Positions 7,728 to 16,476 of a stretch of DNA of 64,000 bases are shown one piece after another (within the stretch, counting starts at the first letter, position 1; each line of letters begins with the position of its first letter). Under the pieces are notes generated by a model. That model did no database searches and was not told the origin of the DNA. It saw only the letters and a list, made by a program, of their open reading frames with translations. Origin of the DNA: a virus; IMG/VR virus record IMGVR_UViG_3300043446_000617, positions 4,219 through 68,218 of that record. The stretch is one strand, 5' to 3'. A program made the translations under genes and the position numbers.

Positions 7728-9716
7728 ATGCAAGGCATGAATGAATACAAATTTGACGAACCATCAGATTCTGATAAAGAACTTATATCATTTGTTGTAG
7801 ATCATTGCGATCGTTGGAGAGATTACAGGGATACTAATTATCTTGATGCGTGGAAGGAATATGAACGCATCTTCAATGGCGAATGGGCTGTAGAAGATAA
7901 AACCCGTGATTCCGAGCGTTCAAGAATCGTTACTCCCGCTACTCAACAAGCCGTAGAAACCCGCCATGCAGAGATCATGGAGGCTATCTTTGGTCAAGGT
8001 GAGTTTTTTGACATCCAAGACGACATCCGTGATGTCAACAACAATCCATTAGATGTTGCTGCTATCAAAGCTCAACTCATGGAAGACTTCAAGGTCGATA
8101 AGATTCGCAAGTCTATTGACCAAATTGAGTTGTTGGCAGAGATTTACGGCACTGGTATTGGCGAGATTGTTGTTAAAACAGAGAAAATCTTTGTTCCTGC
8201 TACTCAAGCAATTCCTGGTCAAGTAGGACAAGCGGCTATTGGTGTTGTCGAAAAAGACCGCATTGCAGTGAAGATTGTTCCTGTTAACCCTAGAAACTTC
8301 TTGTTTGACCCTAATGGCACATCTATTGATGACTGCATGGGTGTGGCAATTGAGAAGTATGTTTCTATCCACAAAGTCGTTAAGGGTCAGGAAGATGGTA
8401 TCTATCGCAAGGTAGAAATTGGTACTGACTCTATGGATACGGACTTAGAGCCTACTCAAGAGATTACTCAGTATGAAGACGACAAAGTTAAGCTCCTTAC
8501 TTACTATGGTCTTGTTCCTCGTGAGTATCTTGATCAACTTGAAAATGAAGAGGGTGAAGTAGAGGACTTGTTCCCTGAAGACTCTGTTCAGGACGAGTAT
8601 TCCGATCTGGTTGAAGCAATTGTTGTGATTGCCAATGATGGTGTTCTTCTCAAAGCAGAAAAGAACCCATATATGATGAAAGACCGCCCAATCCTTGCGT
8701 ATCAGGACGATACAGTTCCTAATCGCTTGTTGGGTCGTGGTACTGTTGAGAAGGCTTACAACTCACAAAAGGCTATTGATGCTCAAGTTCGTAGCCACTT
8801 AGACTCTTTGGCGCTGACTACAAGCCCAATGATGGCTATGGATGCTACTCGTTTACCTCGTGGTGCTAAATTTGAAGTTCGACCAGGTAAATCCATCCTG
8901 ACAAACGGAAATCCTAATGAGATTCTATTCCCATTCAAGTTTGGCAATACTGATGGTTCTAATCTGACTACTGCTAAAGAGTTTGAGCGTATGCTTTTGC
9001 AGGCTACTGGAACTTTAGACTCACAAGGAATGGTGTCTGCAGTCTCACGAGATGCAGGTCAAGGTGGTATTTCGATGGCTGTAGCCTCGATTATCAAAAA
9101 ATACAAGCGCACATTGGTGAACTTCCAAGAGGATTTTATGATCCCCTTCATCACCAAAGCAGCTTACCGCTATATGCAGTTCGATCCAGAGCGTTATCCT
9201 ACTGTGGACATGAAGTTTATTCCGACTGCCGCATTGGGAATTATTGCTCGTGAGCATGAACAACAACAATTCATCTCCTTGCTCCAGACTCTTGGCCCAA
9301 ATACACCTGTTTTGCCAATCATTCTCAAGGGAATCATGGCAAATTCATCGTTGTCTAACCGCTACGAGTTGATTCAGATGCTTGATAAGATGGCTACGGC
9401 TGATCCGCAAGCACAACAGGCTCAACAGATGCAACAACAATTGGCTATGCAACTGGCTCAAGCTCAAATTGCAGTCCAAACGACTCAAGCCGAGCAGAAT
9501 AAGGCAGAGGCTCAGAAGTTGTTGACAGAGGCTCAACTGATGCCTATCGAGTTGCAGGCTAAGAGCATGGCGGCTAATACTAAGAATCTACCTAAACAGG
9601 ATGATTTGGCTTCCAAAGAGTTCGATAAACGAGTCAAGATTGCTGAATTGATGCTTAAAGAAGCAGATATCAAGACTAAGGCCAAGATTGTTGACCAACA
9701 GATGACCAAACAATGA
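7728..9716 (+). CDS. Portal protein (P22-like)
   Basis: Size, position after terL, Q-rich C-terminal coiled coil. Confidence 0.85.
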   Translation: MQGMNEYKFDEPSDSDKELISFVVDHCDRWRDYRDTNYLDAWKEYERIFNGEWAVEDKTRDSERSRIVTPATQQAVETRHAEIMEAIFGQGEFFDIQDDIRDVNNNPLDVAAIKAQLMEDFKVDKIRKSIDQIELLAEIYGTGIGEIVVKTEKIFVPATQAIPGQVGQAAIGVVEKDRIAVKIVPVNPRNFLFDPNGTSIDDCMGVAIEKYVSIHKVVKGQEDGIYRKVEIGTDSMDTDLEPTQEITQYEDDKVKLLTYYGLVPREYLDQLENEEGEVEDLFPEDSVQDEYSDLVEAIVVIANDGVLLKAEKNPYMMKDRPILAYQDDTVPNRLLGRGTVEKAYNSQKAIDAQVRSHLDSLALTTSPMMAMDATRLPRGAKFEVRPGKSILTNGNPNEILFPFKFGNTDGSNLTTAKEFERMLLQATGTLDSQGMVSAVSRDAGQGGISMAVASIIKKYKRTLVNFQEDFMIPFITKAAYRYMQFDPERYPTVDMKFIPTAALGIIAREHEQQQFISLLQTLGPNTPVLPIILKGIMANSSLSNRYELIQMLDKMATADPQAQQAQQMQQQLAMQLAQAQIAVQTTQAEQNKAEAQKLLTEAQLMPIELQAKSMAANTKNLPKQDDLASKEFDKRVKIAELMLKEADIKTKAKIVDQQMTKQ

Positions 9717-9952
9717 GTCCAGAACTGCAGAAATATTACGAAGAGCGATTCTCCATGATGTCCACTCAAGGTTGGGTGGATTTGATGGAGGATGTTGACA
9801 AGATGATTGAACCTTTGAATAATATTTCAACGATTGCAGATGAAAAAAGTCTACAATTTCGTAAAGGTGAGTTATCAATACTTATTTGGCTGAAAAACTT
9901 AAAGCAAGTCAGCGAGAGAGCATTTGAGGACTTAAATGAAAAGAATGTATGA
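9713..9952 (+). CDS. Small head-module protein
   Basis: ATGA-coupled; conserved at 43270. Confidence 0.75.
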   Translation: MSPELQKYYEERFSMMSTQGWVDLMEDVDKMIEPLNNISTIADEKSLQFRKGELSILIWLKNLKQVSERAFEDLNEKNV

Positions 9953-10163
9953 ATTCGCCTGTGTAAATGGGCATAAAACAGAGAGATTTGTTGATTATGA
10001 GGCAACAAAACTCGTATGTGAGTGTGGTGAGGAAACTCATCGCATTCTTTCTGCGCCAGCCTTTAGACTAGAAGGATGGTCTGGCTCTTTTCCAACTGCT
10101 TATAGCAAGTTTGGCAAGAGTCATACTGACAAGCTAAAGGCTGAACGCAAAGCCAACTCATAA
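9936..10163 (+). CDS. FmdB-like zinc-ribbon protein
   Basis: YEFAC..GH..E...C.CG...RILSAP..L.G..F. Confidence 0.7.
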   Translation: MKRMYEFACVNGHKTERFVDYEATKLVCECGEETHRILSAPAFRLEGWSGSFPTAYSKFGKSHTDKLKAERKANS

Positions 10164-10220
10164 GCAATTGTGCCGAGTTGAATCTCCTACAACCGAAAAC
10201 GGCAGGAAAAGGAAATAAGT

Positions 10221-10964
10221 ATGTTGATTGACGATGACAAAGAGGTGTTTGGTGAACTAGAAGCTGAAGAGCAAAAGATTGAGCAAAAGTCTGAGCTTCC
10301 TGAGAAATACAGGGACAAAAGTTTAGATGAGATTGTGAGAATGCACCAAGAGGCTGAGAAGCTCATTGGTAAGCAAGCACAAGAAGTAGGCGAAGTCCGT
10401 AAGCTCGCAGATGAACTTATCAAACAGAACCTTGGGTCTAGACAACAACAGACAAAAATGGAAGAGCCTGAAGTAGATTTCTTTGAGAATCCACAGAAGG
10501 CAGTTCAACGGACAGTTGATAATCACCCTGACATCTTAGCTGCACGACAAGTGACGCTAGAGATGAAAAAGGCACAGATTCAGCAGAAGTTGGCTCAAGA
10601 ACATCCCGACTTTGGCGAAATCGCTAAAGATCAGGACTTTGCAAACTGGGTTAAATCTAGCCCTGTTCGCATTAAGTTATTTGAGCAAGCTGATGCGGGA
10701 TATGATTACGACTCTGCCAATGAATTGCTGTCTACTTACAAGCAACTTCGTAGCATGAAGACTAAGCAAGCAAGTGATGCTGGAGAAGCCACTCGCAAGC
10801 AGAATCTGAAGGCTGTTGGAGTTGATGTTGGTGGTTCTGGAGAATCTTCTAAGAAGGTTTATCGTAGGGCTGACCTTATTCGGCTGAAAATGCAAGACCC
10901 TGGTCGTTATGAAGCGCTAAGTGACGAGATCATGCAAGCGTATTCTGAAGGCCGAGTTAAGTAA
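10221..10964 (+). CDS. Capsid scaffolding protein
   Basis: Acidic and helical, PEKY..KS motif, directly before coat gene. Confidence 0.75.
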   Translation: MLIDDDKEVFGELEAEEQKIEQKSELPEKYRDKSLDEIVRMHQEAEKLIGKQAQEVGEVRKLADELIKQNLGSRQQQTKMEEPEVDFFENPQKAVQRTVDNHPDILAARQVTLEMKKAQIQQKLAQEHPDFGEIAKDQDFANWVKSSPVRIKLFEQADAGYDYDSANELLSTYKQLRSMKTKQASDAGEATRKQNLKAVGVDVGGSGESSKKVYRRADLIRLKMQDPGRYEALSDEIMQAYSEGRVK

Positions 10965-10990
10965 CTTTTTTATTTTTTGGAGATTTAATC

Positions 10991-11965
10991 ATGGCAAATA
11001 CCGCCTTTTCCCCCGCAAATAGTGTAACCACTACATCCGCAGCTAACTTCATTCCAGAGATTTGGAGTGATGAAATTGTTGCCGCCTATAAAAAGAACCT
11101 CGTATTGGCCAACTTGGTCAAGAAGATGTCTTTCAAAGGCAAAAAGGGTGACACTGTTAACATCCCTAGCCCTGCTCGTGGTTCTGCTTCTGCTAAAGCC
11201 GCTACCGATGCAGTTACTTTGATTGCCGAGAGCGACACTAACATTCAAGTGTTGATCAACAAGCACTATGAGTACTCACGCTTGATCGAAGACATCGTTG
11301 AAGTGCAAGCCCTGACATCTTTGCGTTCTTTCTACACAGAAGACGCAGGTTATGCTTTGGCAAAGCGCATCGATACTGACTTGGTTCAGTTGGGTCGTGC
11401 TTTCAATGGCGCTACTGTTGGTACTGATGACTATGCTACTAGCAACACTACTACCAAAGCCTATATCGGCTCTGATGGTACTACTGCTTACAACAGCACA
11501 TCTTCTAACGCTGCTGCTTTGACAGATGCTGCTATTCGTCGCACTATTCAGCGCTTGGACGACAACGACATTCCTATGGATGGTCGTTTCTTCCTGATTC
11601 CTCCATCAAGCCGCAACACTTTGATGGGTCTGGCTCGTTACACTGAGCAAGCCTTCATCGGTAATGGCGATGCGATCCGCAATGGTGAAATCGGTCAACT
11701 GTACGGCATGGCTGTGTTTGCATCTTCTAATGCTGACACTGGTGCTGGTAACTCTGGCGCTGACCGCATCTGCTTGATGGGCCACAAAGACGCTATGGTC
11801 TTGGTTGAGCAATTGGGCATCCGTTCACAGACTCAGTACAAGCAAGAGTACCTCGGTACATTGTTCACTGCTGACACTATCTATGGTGTGAAAGCTCTGC
11901 GTACATCTGCTACTAGCTCTGCCGCTAACGCATCTGGTGCATTTGCCTTGGCAGTTCCTGCTTAA
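10991..11965 (+). CDS. Major capsid protein (P22 coat-like)
   Basis: FIPEIWS, KGDTVNIP, YGVK motifs; strong codon bias; followed by terminator. Confidence 0.9.
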   Translation: MANTAFSPANSVTTTSAANFIPEIWSDEIVAAYKKNLVLANLVKKMSFKGKKGDTVNIPSPARGSASAKAATDAVTLIAESDTNIQVLINKHYEYSRLIEDIVEVQALTSLRSFYTEDAGYALAKRIDTDLVQLGRAFNGATVGTDDYATSNTTTKAYIGSDGTTAYNSTSSNAAALTDAAIRRTIQRLDDNDIPMDGRFFLIPPSSRNTLMGLARYTEQAFIGNGDAIRNGEIGQLYGMAVFASSNADTGAGNSGADRICLMGHKDAMVLVEQLGIRSQTQYKQEYLGTLFTADTIYGVKALRTSATSSAANASGAFALAVPA

Positions 11966-11976
11966 TGTTGCCACTT

Positions 11977-12006
11977 CTCCCCTGTCTTCGGATGGGGGAG
12001 TTTTTT
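11977..12006 (+). terminator. Intrinsic terminator after capsid gene
   Basis: CTCCCCTGTC-TTCG-GATGGGGGAG-TTTTTT. Confidence 0.85.
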
Positions 12007-12028
12007 CTTAATCTAGGAGGAATTTATT

Positions 12029-12352
12029 ATGGCAACCGCATCATCGGTAACATCACGCAGAGGTAATGACCAGTTTCGTGGTTTGTTTAGCGACACTTGG
12101 GCTGTTCGTGCTACTTTGGACGCAGGTTCATTGGTGGATGGCGCAGGCGAGACTGACGATATCACTATCCCTGGCGTAGCCTTGGGCGATATGGTCATTG
12201 GCGCATCTTTGGGTGTAGATTTGGTTGGTTTAACAGTAACAGGTTATGTTTCTGCCGCAAACACAGTCAAATTCCGTATCCAGAATGAGTCTGGCTCAAC
12301 TGTTGACTTGGCTTCTACTACCCTTCGTTTGGTCGTAGTTCGCATGGTCTAA
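12029..12352 (+). CDS. Putative head decoration protein
   Basis: Beta-rich 107 aa after coat gene; strong RBS AGGAGG. Confidence 0.55.
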   Translation: MATASSVTSRRGNDQFRGLFSDTWAVRATLDAGSLVDGAGETDDITIPGVALGDMVIGASLGVDLVGLTVTGYVSAANTVKFRIQNESGSTVDLASTTLRLVVVRMV

Positions 12353-12355
12353 TCT

Positions 12356-12379
12356 AAAGGGGGCTAATAACCCCCTTTT
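12356..12379 (+). terminator. Intrinsic terminator
   Basis: AAAGGGGGC-TAATA-ACCCCCTTTT. Confidence 0.7.
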
Positions 12380-12393
12380 CTTCGGAGATTCTT

Positions 12394-12591
12394 ATGGCAA
12401 CCTTTAAGTGCTTACAAAGTGGGCAAACAGTAACTTTCACGCTTCAACATGATATTGATAGCATGAAGGGTCATGCAGGTTATGTCAGAATAGACGAAGA
12501 AGTTAAAGAGTCTTTTGAAAAGCCTTTAATATTGTCTCAACCACAGCCTGTTAAGAAGATGGGCAGACCAAGGAAGACTGCAAATGTCTGA
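12394..12591 (+). CDS. Hypothetical virion-module protein
   Basis: KKMGRPRK tail; conserved in second unit. Confidence 0.7.
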   Translation: MATFKCLQSGQTVTFTLQHDIDSMKGHAGYVRIDEEVKESFEKPLILSQPQPVKKMGRPRKTANV

Positions 12592-12787
12592 GATTGATCC
12601 ACGAGAGTTCGGTAAGTTAGAAGCCCAAGTAGAGGCTCTACAGTCCGAAGTTCATGCTATGCGTGAAGATATTAAAGCCCTTTTAGAGATGGCAAACAAG
12701 TCCAAAGGTGGAATGTTTGTTGGAATGGCTATCGCTTCTGTTTTAGGTGGTGTAGTATCCTTTATAGCTACTAAGGTGATACGATGA
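12584..12787 (+). CDS. Coiled-coil protein with C-terminal TM helix
   Basis: Hydrophobic C-terminus; conserved. Confidence 0.7.
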   Translation: MSEIDPREFGKLEAQVEALQSEVHAMREDIKALLEMANKSKGGMFVGMAIASVLGGVVSFIATKVIR

Positions 12788-13191
12788 AACTTCTATCTGG
12801 CGATACTTGTCCTATAGCGACACAAGATGTTTCGGTCAATCTGAAGAACCGAAATAATGCCTTTAAGAAGTTTGGCTACGGCCCACCCAACCCTAATGAA
12901 CCAAATGATGCGTTTTGGCTAAAGAAAGCCAAGATGTATAACGCTCCTACCTCTGTCATCAAAGGTATGCGTTGCGGTAATTGTGCTGCTTTTATCCAAA
13001 CTCCAAAGATGATGGCCTGTATTGAAGGCGGTCTAGATAAGGATGAGGTCGAAGGAGAGCTTTCTTATGACAAGAACTTTGTTAAAGCGGCTGATCTCGG
13101 CTATTGCGACTTATTTCAGTTCACTTGTGCTTCCGCTCGTACTTGTGATGCGTGGAAATCTGGCGGCCCTATTACGAAGGAGAAACCATGA
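12784..13191 (+). CDS. HiPIP-like four-Cys protein
   Basis: CGNCAAF...GYC..F...RTCDAW. Confidence 0.55.
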   Translation: MKLLSGDTCPIATQDVSVNLKNRNNAFKKFGYGPPNPNEPNDAFWLKKAKMYNAPTSVIKGMRCGNCAAFIQTPKMMACIEGGLDKDEVEGELSYDKNFVKAADLGYCDLFQFTCASARTCDAWKSGGPITKEKP

Positions 13192-13340
13192 AAGCAACCA
13201 AGAAACCAAGCGATAAGAAGCCTAAAGGTATGCCTATCGCTATTATGATTGCCGTAGGAAAGCCTAAAATGCGTCCTATGCCTACTCGTGGTGGTCGTAC
13301 AGCCACTAACATGATGAAGAAATCTGGGAGAAGCAAATGA
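13188..13340 (+). CDS. Small Lys-rich basic protein
   Basis: RBS AAGGAG; ATGA-coupled; homologue at 46745. Confidence 0.65.
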   Translation: MKATKKPSDKKPKGMPIAIMIAVGKPKMRPMPTRGGRTATNMMKKSGRSK

Positions 13341-13510
13341 AGAAAGCCGCAGCCGCTAAGAAAGTTGGCAAAGTCATGCACGAATACAAGACTGGTATGC
13401 TTCATACTGGGTCTAAAAAAGGCCCTACTGTCACTTCTCGTAAACAGGCTATTGCCATTGCTTTGTCTGAAGCAGGTATGTCTAAGCCTAAGATGAAGAA
13501 AAAGAAATGA
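13337..13510 (+). CDS. Small basic protein (DUF6496-like, KQAIAIALSEA)
   Basis: Hand-translated 57 aa; homologue at 46894. Confidence 0.7.
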   Translation: MKKAAAAKKVGKVMHEYKTGMLHTGSKKGPTVTSRKQAIAIALSEAGMSKPKMKKKK

Positions 13511-13656
13511 AACAAGGTCTTTACGCTAACATCCATGCCAAACAAGAGCGCATCAAAGCAGGCTCTAAGGAAAAGATGCGTAAAGTTGGCTCAAAGGGCG
13601 CTCCAACAGAGGCCGCCTTTAAAGCTGCAGCTAAAACTGCAAAGAAGAAGAAATGA
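13507..13656 (+). CDS. Small basic protein (GLYANIHAK motif)
   Basis: Hand-translated 49 aa; homologue at 47058 with synonymous changes. Confidence 0.75.
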   Translation: MKQGLYANIHAKQERIKAGSKEKMRKVGSKGAPTEAAFKAAAKTAKKKK

Positions 13657-13946
13657 AAACTCCTGCTTGGCAAAGAAAAGAAGGAAAATCTCCTTCTGGG
13701 GGCTTGAATGCCAAGGGGAGAGCATCTTATAATGCAGAAACAGGTGGTAATTTAAAAGCACCAGTCAAGTCGGGAGATAACCCTCGTAGGGCATCCTTTT
13801 TAGCACGAATGGGCAATATGCCTGGCGCTGAGATGAAAGATGGAAAGCCTACCCGACTTTTACTTTCTCTTAGAGCTTGGGGGGCATCGTCCAAGGAAGA
13901 CGCTAAGGCTAAAGCCAAGGCGATCTCTAAGAGGAATAAGAAATGA
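13653..13946 (+). CDS. Basic protein (GGLNAKGRA...RRASFLARM)
   Basis: Conserved at 47204. Confidence 0.8.
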   Translation: MKTPAWQRKEGKSPSGGLNAKGRASYNAETGGNLKAPVKSGDNPRRASFLARMGNMPGAEMKDGKPTRLLLSLRAWGASSKEDAKAKAKAISKRNKK

Positions 13947-14281
13947 GAGCTAGGTCTGTCGGTGCAAATCTAACTGCTGCAACAGCAACTACGCTGTTCA
14001 CAGTGCCGACTGGCTATTACGCCAAATGCGTATTGCTCCATGCTTCAAACTCTACTTCTGCTAATAAGCATATTACCTTCGAATGGTACGATGCTAGTGC
14101 ATCTTTAACAATTCCAGTAATCTATCAGTACACAATCACGGCAAAAGCAACTTTGTCTGCCATTGATCTGACTAAGTACTTTGTAATGGAAGAGGGTGAC
14201 TATATCGTAGCCACTTCTGAATCTGCATCTACGATTTCTGTGATTGCAACATTTGAAATTGAAGGGTCACAACGAACATGA
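13943..14281 (+). CDS. Small beta-rich virion protein
   Basis: Homologue at 47494. Confidence 0.7.
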   Translation: MRARSVGANLTAATATTLFTVPTGYYAKCVLLHASNSTSANKHITFEWYDASASLTIPVIYQYTITAKATLSAIDLTKYFVMEEGDYIVATSESASTISVIATFEIEGSQRT

Positions 14282-14922
14282 CATACTTAGAACTCGTTAA
14301 TGATGTGCTTGTTCGCTTGCGTGAAAGCACTGTTTCTACTGTTGGCGAAACAACATATTCTTCTTTGATTGGCAAGTTTGTCAATGATGCCAAGCGCCAG
14401 ATCGAAGACACATACACTTGGAATTGTCTATCACAAACAGTAACAATTTCGACTACTGGTGGCACACATTCATATTCTTTGACTGGTGTTGGTCAAAAGT
14501 TCCGTGTGATGGATTCTCTGAATACAACTAGCAATGTTGTAATGGGTGATATTCCTTTCACGAGCATGAATCGTAAGTTGAACTTTGTGACTCCTGTTCA
14601 AGGAATCCCCTCTGAATACTGCTTCAATGGCGTGGATTCTAATGGTGACACAAAGATTGATGTTTACCCTATTCCTGATGGCACTTACACATTTCTGTTT
14701 GATGTGATTGTTCCTCAAGCTAATCTTTCATCTGATAGCACTACAGTAAAAGTCTTGGACTATTTGGTGACTCAGAGTGCTTATGCTCGTGCTTTGATTG
14801 AGCGTGGTGAAGATGGAGGAACTAACTCTTCCGAGGCTTATGCCATGTTCCGAGGAATGCTTGCTGATGCTATTGCTATGGAAAGCACTCGTTACCCTGA
14901 AGATAATTTTGAGGCAGTCTGA
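14278..14922 (+). CDS. Head-tail adaptor / tail tubular protein A-like
   Basis: MTYLELVN.VL.RLRE and YPIPD motifs; synteny. Confidence 0.7.
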   Translation: MTYLELVNDVLVRLRESTVSTVGETTYSSLIGKFVNDAKRQIEDTYTWNCLSQTVTISTTGGTHSYSLTGVGQKFRVMDSLNTTSNVVMGDIPFTSMNRKLNFVTPVQGIPSEYCFNGVDSNGDTKIDVYPIPDGTYTFLFDVIVPQANLSSDSTTVKVLDYLVTQSAYARALIERGEDGGTNSSEAYAMFRGMLADAIAMESTRYPEDNFEAV

Positions 14923-16466
14923 TGTCTAAGCAACTTCAAAGTTACAGTCTTTCAGCACCAGGCTTTTATGGCTTGAATACTGAAGACTCACCTCTTGATT
15001 TGGGGTCTGGCTTTGCTTTAGTTGCTACAAACTGTATCCTTGATCAATATGGTCGTATTGGTGCTAGAAAAGGTTGGACAAGGGTTAATTCTTCCTCTGG
15101 AAACCTTGGTGCTAATGATGTTGGCGTTATCCATGAGCTAGTTCAGATTGATGGAACATTGACTGTCCTTTTTGCAGGAAACAATAAGATATTCAAGCTC
15201 AATAGCTCAAATGCTGTTGTTGAATTGACCTATGGTGGGGGTGGTTCTGCTCCTACTATCTCTGCAAATAATTGGCAATGTTCGACTCTCAATGGTGTTG
15301 CATACTTCTTCCAGACTGGACACGATGCTTTGATTTACGACCCTGCAGTAAGCACTACGACTTATCGCAGAGTTTCTGAAAAATCAGGAAGTACTGGTAC
15401 TGTTCCGCAAGCCAATATCTGTTTATCAGCATTTGGTCGGTTGTGGGTTGCTAATACTTCTACTGATAAGGTAACAGTTAGCTTCTCTGATCTGATTGCA
15501 GGTCATGTTTGGTCTGGAGGCACTTCAGGCTCACTAGATGTTTCTCGTGTATGGCCTAATGGTGCTGACGAAGTGATGGGTTTGGCTGCTCACAATGATT
15601 TCTTGTTTATCTTTGGTAAACGACAGATTCTTGTTTATTCAGGCGCTTCTACGCCTGCATCTATCGTTCTGAGCGACACGATTGGCTCTATTGGATGTAT
15701 TGCACGAGATACGATTCAGAGTGTTGGTTCTGATGTAATTTTCTTGTCAGACTCAGGCGTTCGTTCACTGATGAGAACTATTCAAGAGAAGTCTGCTCCT
15801 TTGCGTGACTTGTCTAAGAATGTTCGTTTTGACCTTGCATCATCATTGGCAAGCGAAACATTGGCTAACTTGAAGTCTGTTTACTCAGAAAAAGAAGCCT
15901 TCTATCTGCTTGTTCTGCCAGCAACATTCCAAGTTTATTGCTTTGATACCAAACAATCATTGCAAGATGGTTCTTCTAGGGTTACTAAGTGGGATTCTAT
16001 TGCTCCAACTTGCTTGAAATCATTGCGAAATGGTGATTTGTATATTGGAAAGAATGGTTACATTGGTAAATATGATGGTTATTTGGATGACACATCTACT
16101 TATCGATTTGCTTACTATACGAACAATGCTGACTTAGGTAATCCTAACCAGATTTCCATTCTGAAGTCTGTTACTGCCATTGTGATTGGTGGATCGAATC
16201 AGTATTTAACAATTCTGTGGGGATTTGACTATTCTGGTGCTTACCAAGCAGAGAACGTCTACATTCCTTCACAGACAAGCTATGAGTATGGCACTGCTGA
16301 ATACAACATAGCTGAATACACAAGTGGTGTCCCTATCAAGACTCTTTCTGCCAATGCAACAGGGGCAGGAAAGATCGTCCAGACTGGTTATGAGACTACG
16401 ATCAACAATGTATCGTTCTCATTGCAAAAGATTGAAATTCAAGCCAAAGATGGCAAAATAGCCTAA
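14922..16466 (+). CDS. Tail nozzle / DNA stabilisation protein (P22 gp10 / tubular B-like)
   Basis: Beta-propeller-like 514 aa, GCIARDT motif; synteny. Confidence 0.7.
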   Translation: MSKQLQSYSLSAPGFYGLNTEDSPLDLGSGFALVATNCILDQYGRIGARKGWTRVNSSSGNLGANDVGVIHELVQIDGTLTVLFAGNNKIFKLNSSNAVVELTYGGGGSAPTISANNWQCSTLNGVAYFFQTGHDALIYDPAVSTTTYRRVSEKSGSTGTVPQANICLSAFGRLWVANTSTDKVTVSFSDLIAGHVWSGGTSGSLDVSRVWPNGADEVMGLAAHNDFLFIFGKRQILVYSGASTPASIVLSDTIGSIGCIARDTIQSVGSDVIFLSDSGVRSLMRTIQEKSAPLRDLSKNVRFDLASSLASETLANLKSVYSEKEAFYLLVLPATFQVYCFDTKQSLQDGSSRVTKWDSIAPTCLKSLRNGDLYIGKNGYIGKYDGYLDDTSTYRFAYYTNNADLGNPNQISILKSVTAIVIGGSNQYLTILWGFDYSGAYQAENVYIPSQTSYEYGTAEYNIAEYTSGVPIKTLSANATGAGKIVQTGYETTINNVSFSLQKIEIQAKDGKIA

Positions 16467-16476
16467 GAGGTAAATT

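Larger units (their letters stand above)
9902..12768. repeat. ~2.87-kb direct repeat, copy 1 (copy 2 at 43459-46325)
   Basis: Identical proteins and, by eye, identical DNA at offset 33,557; SNPs begin at 9901 and 12769. Confidence 0.85.

Noticed and set aside
9400-9500. CAA/CAG-rich tract as a microsatellite or contingency locus
   Set aside because: Encodes the Gln-rich portal coiled coil; same length in both units.
13535-13732. 65-aa ORF from the supplied track
   Set aside because: Out-of-frame shadow of the conserved coupled genes 13507-13656 and 13653-13946.
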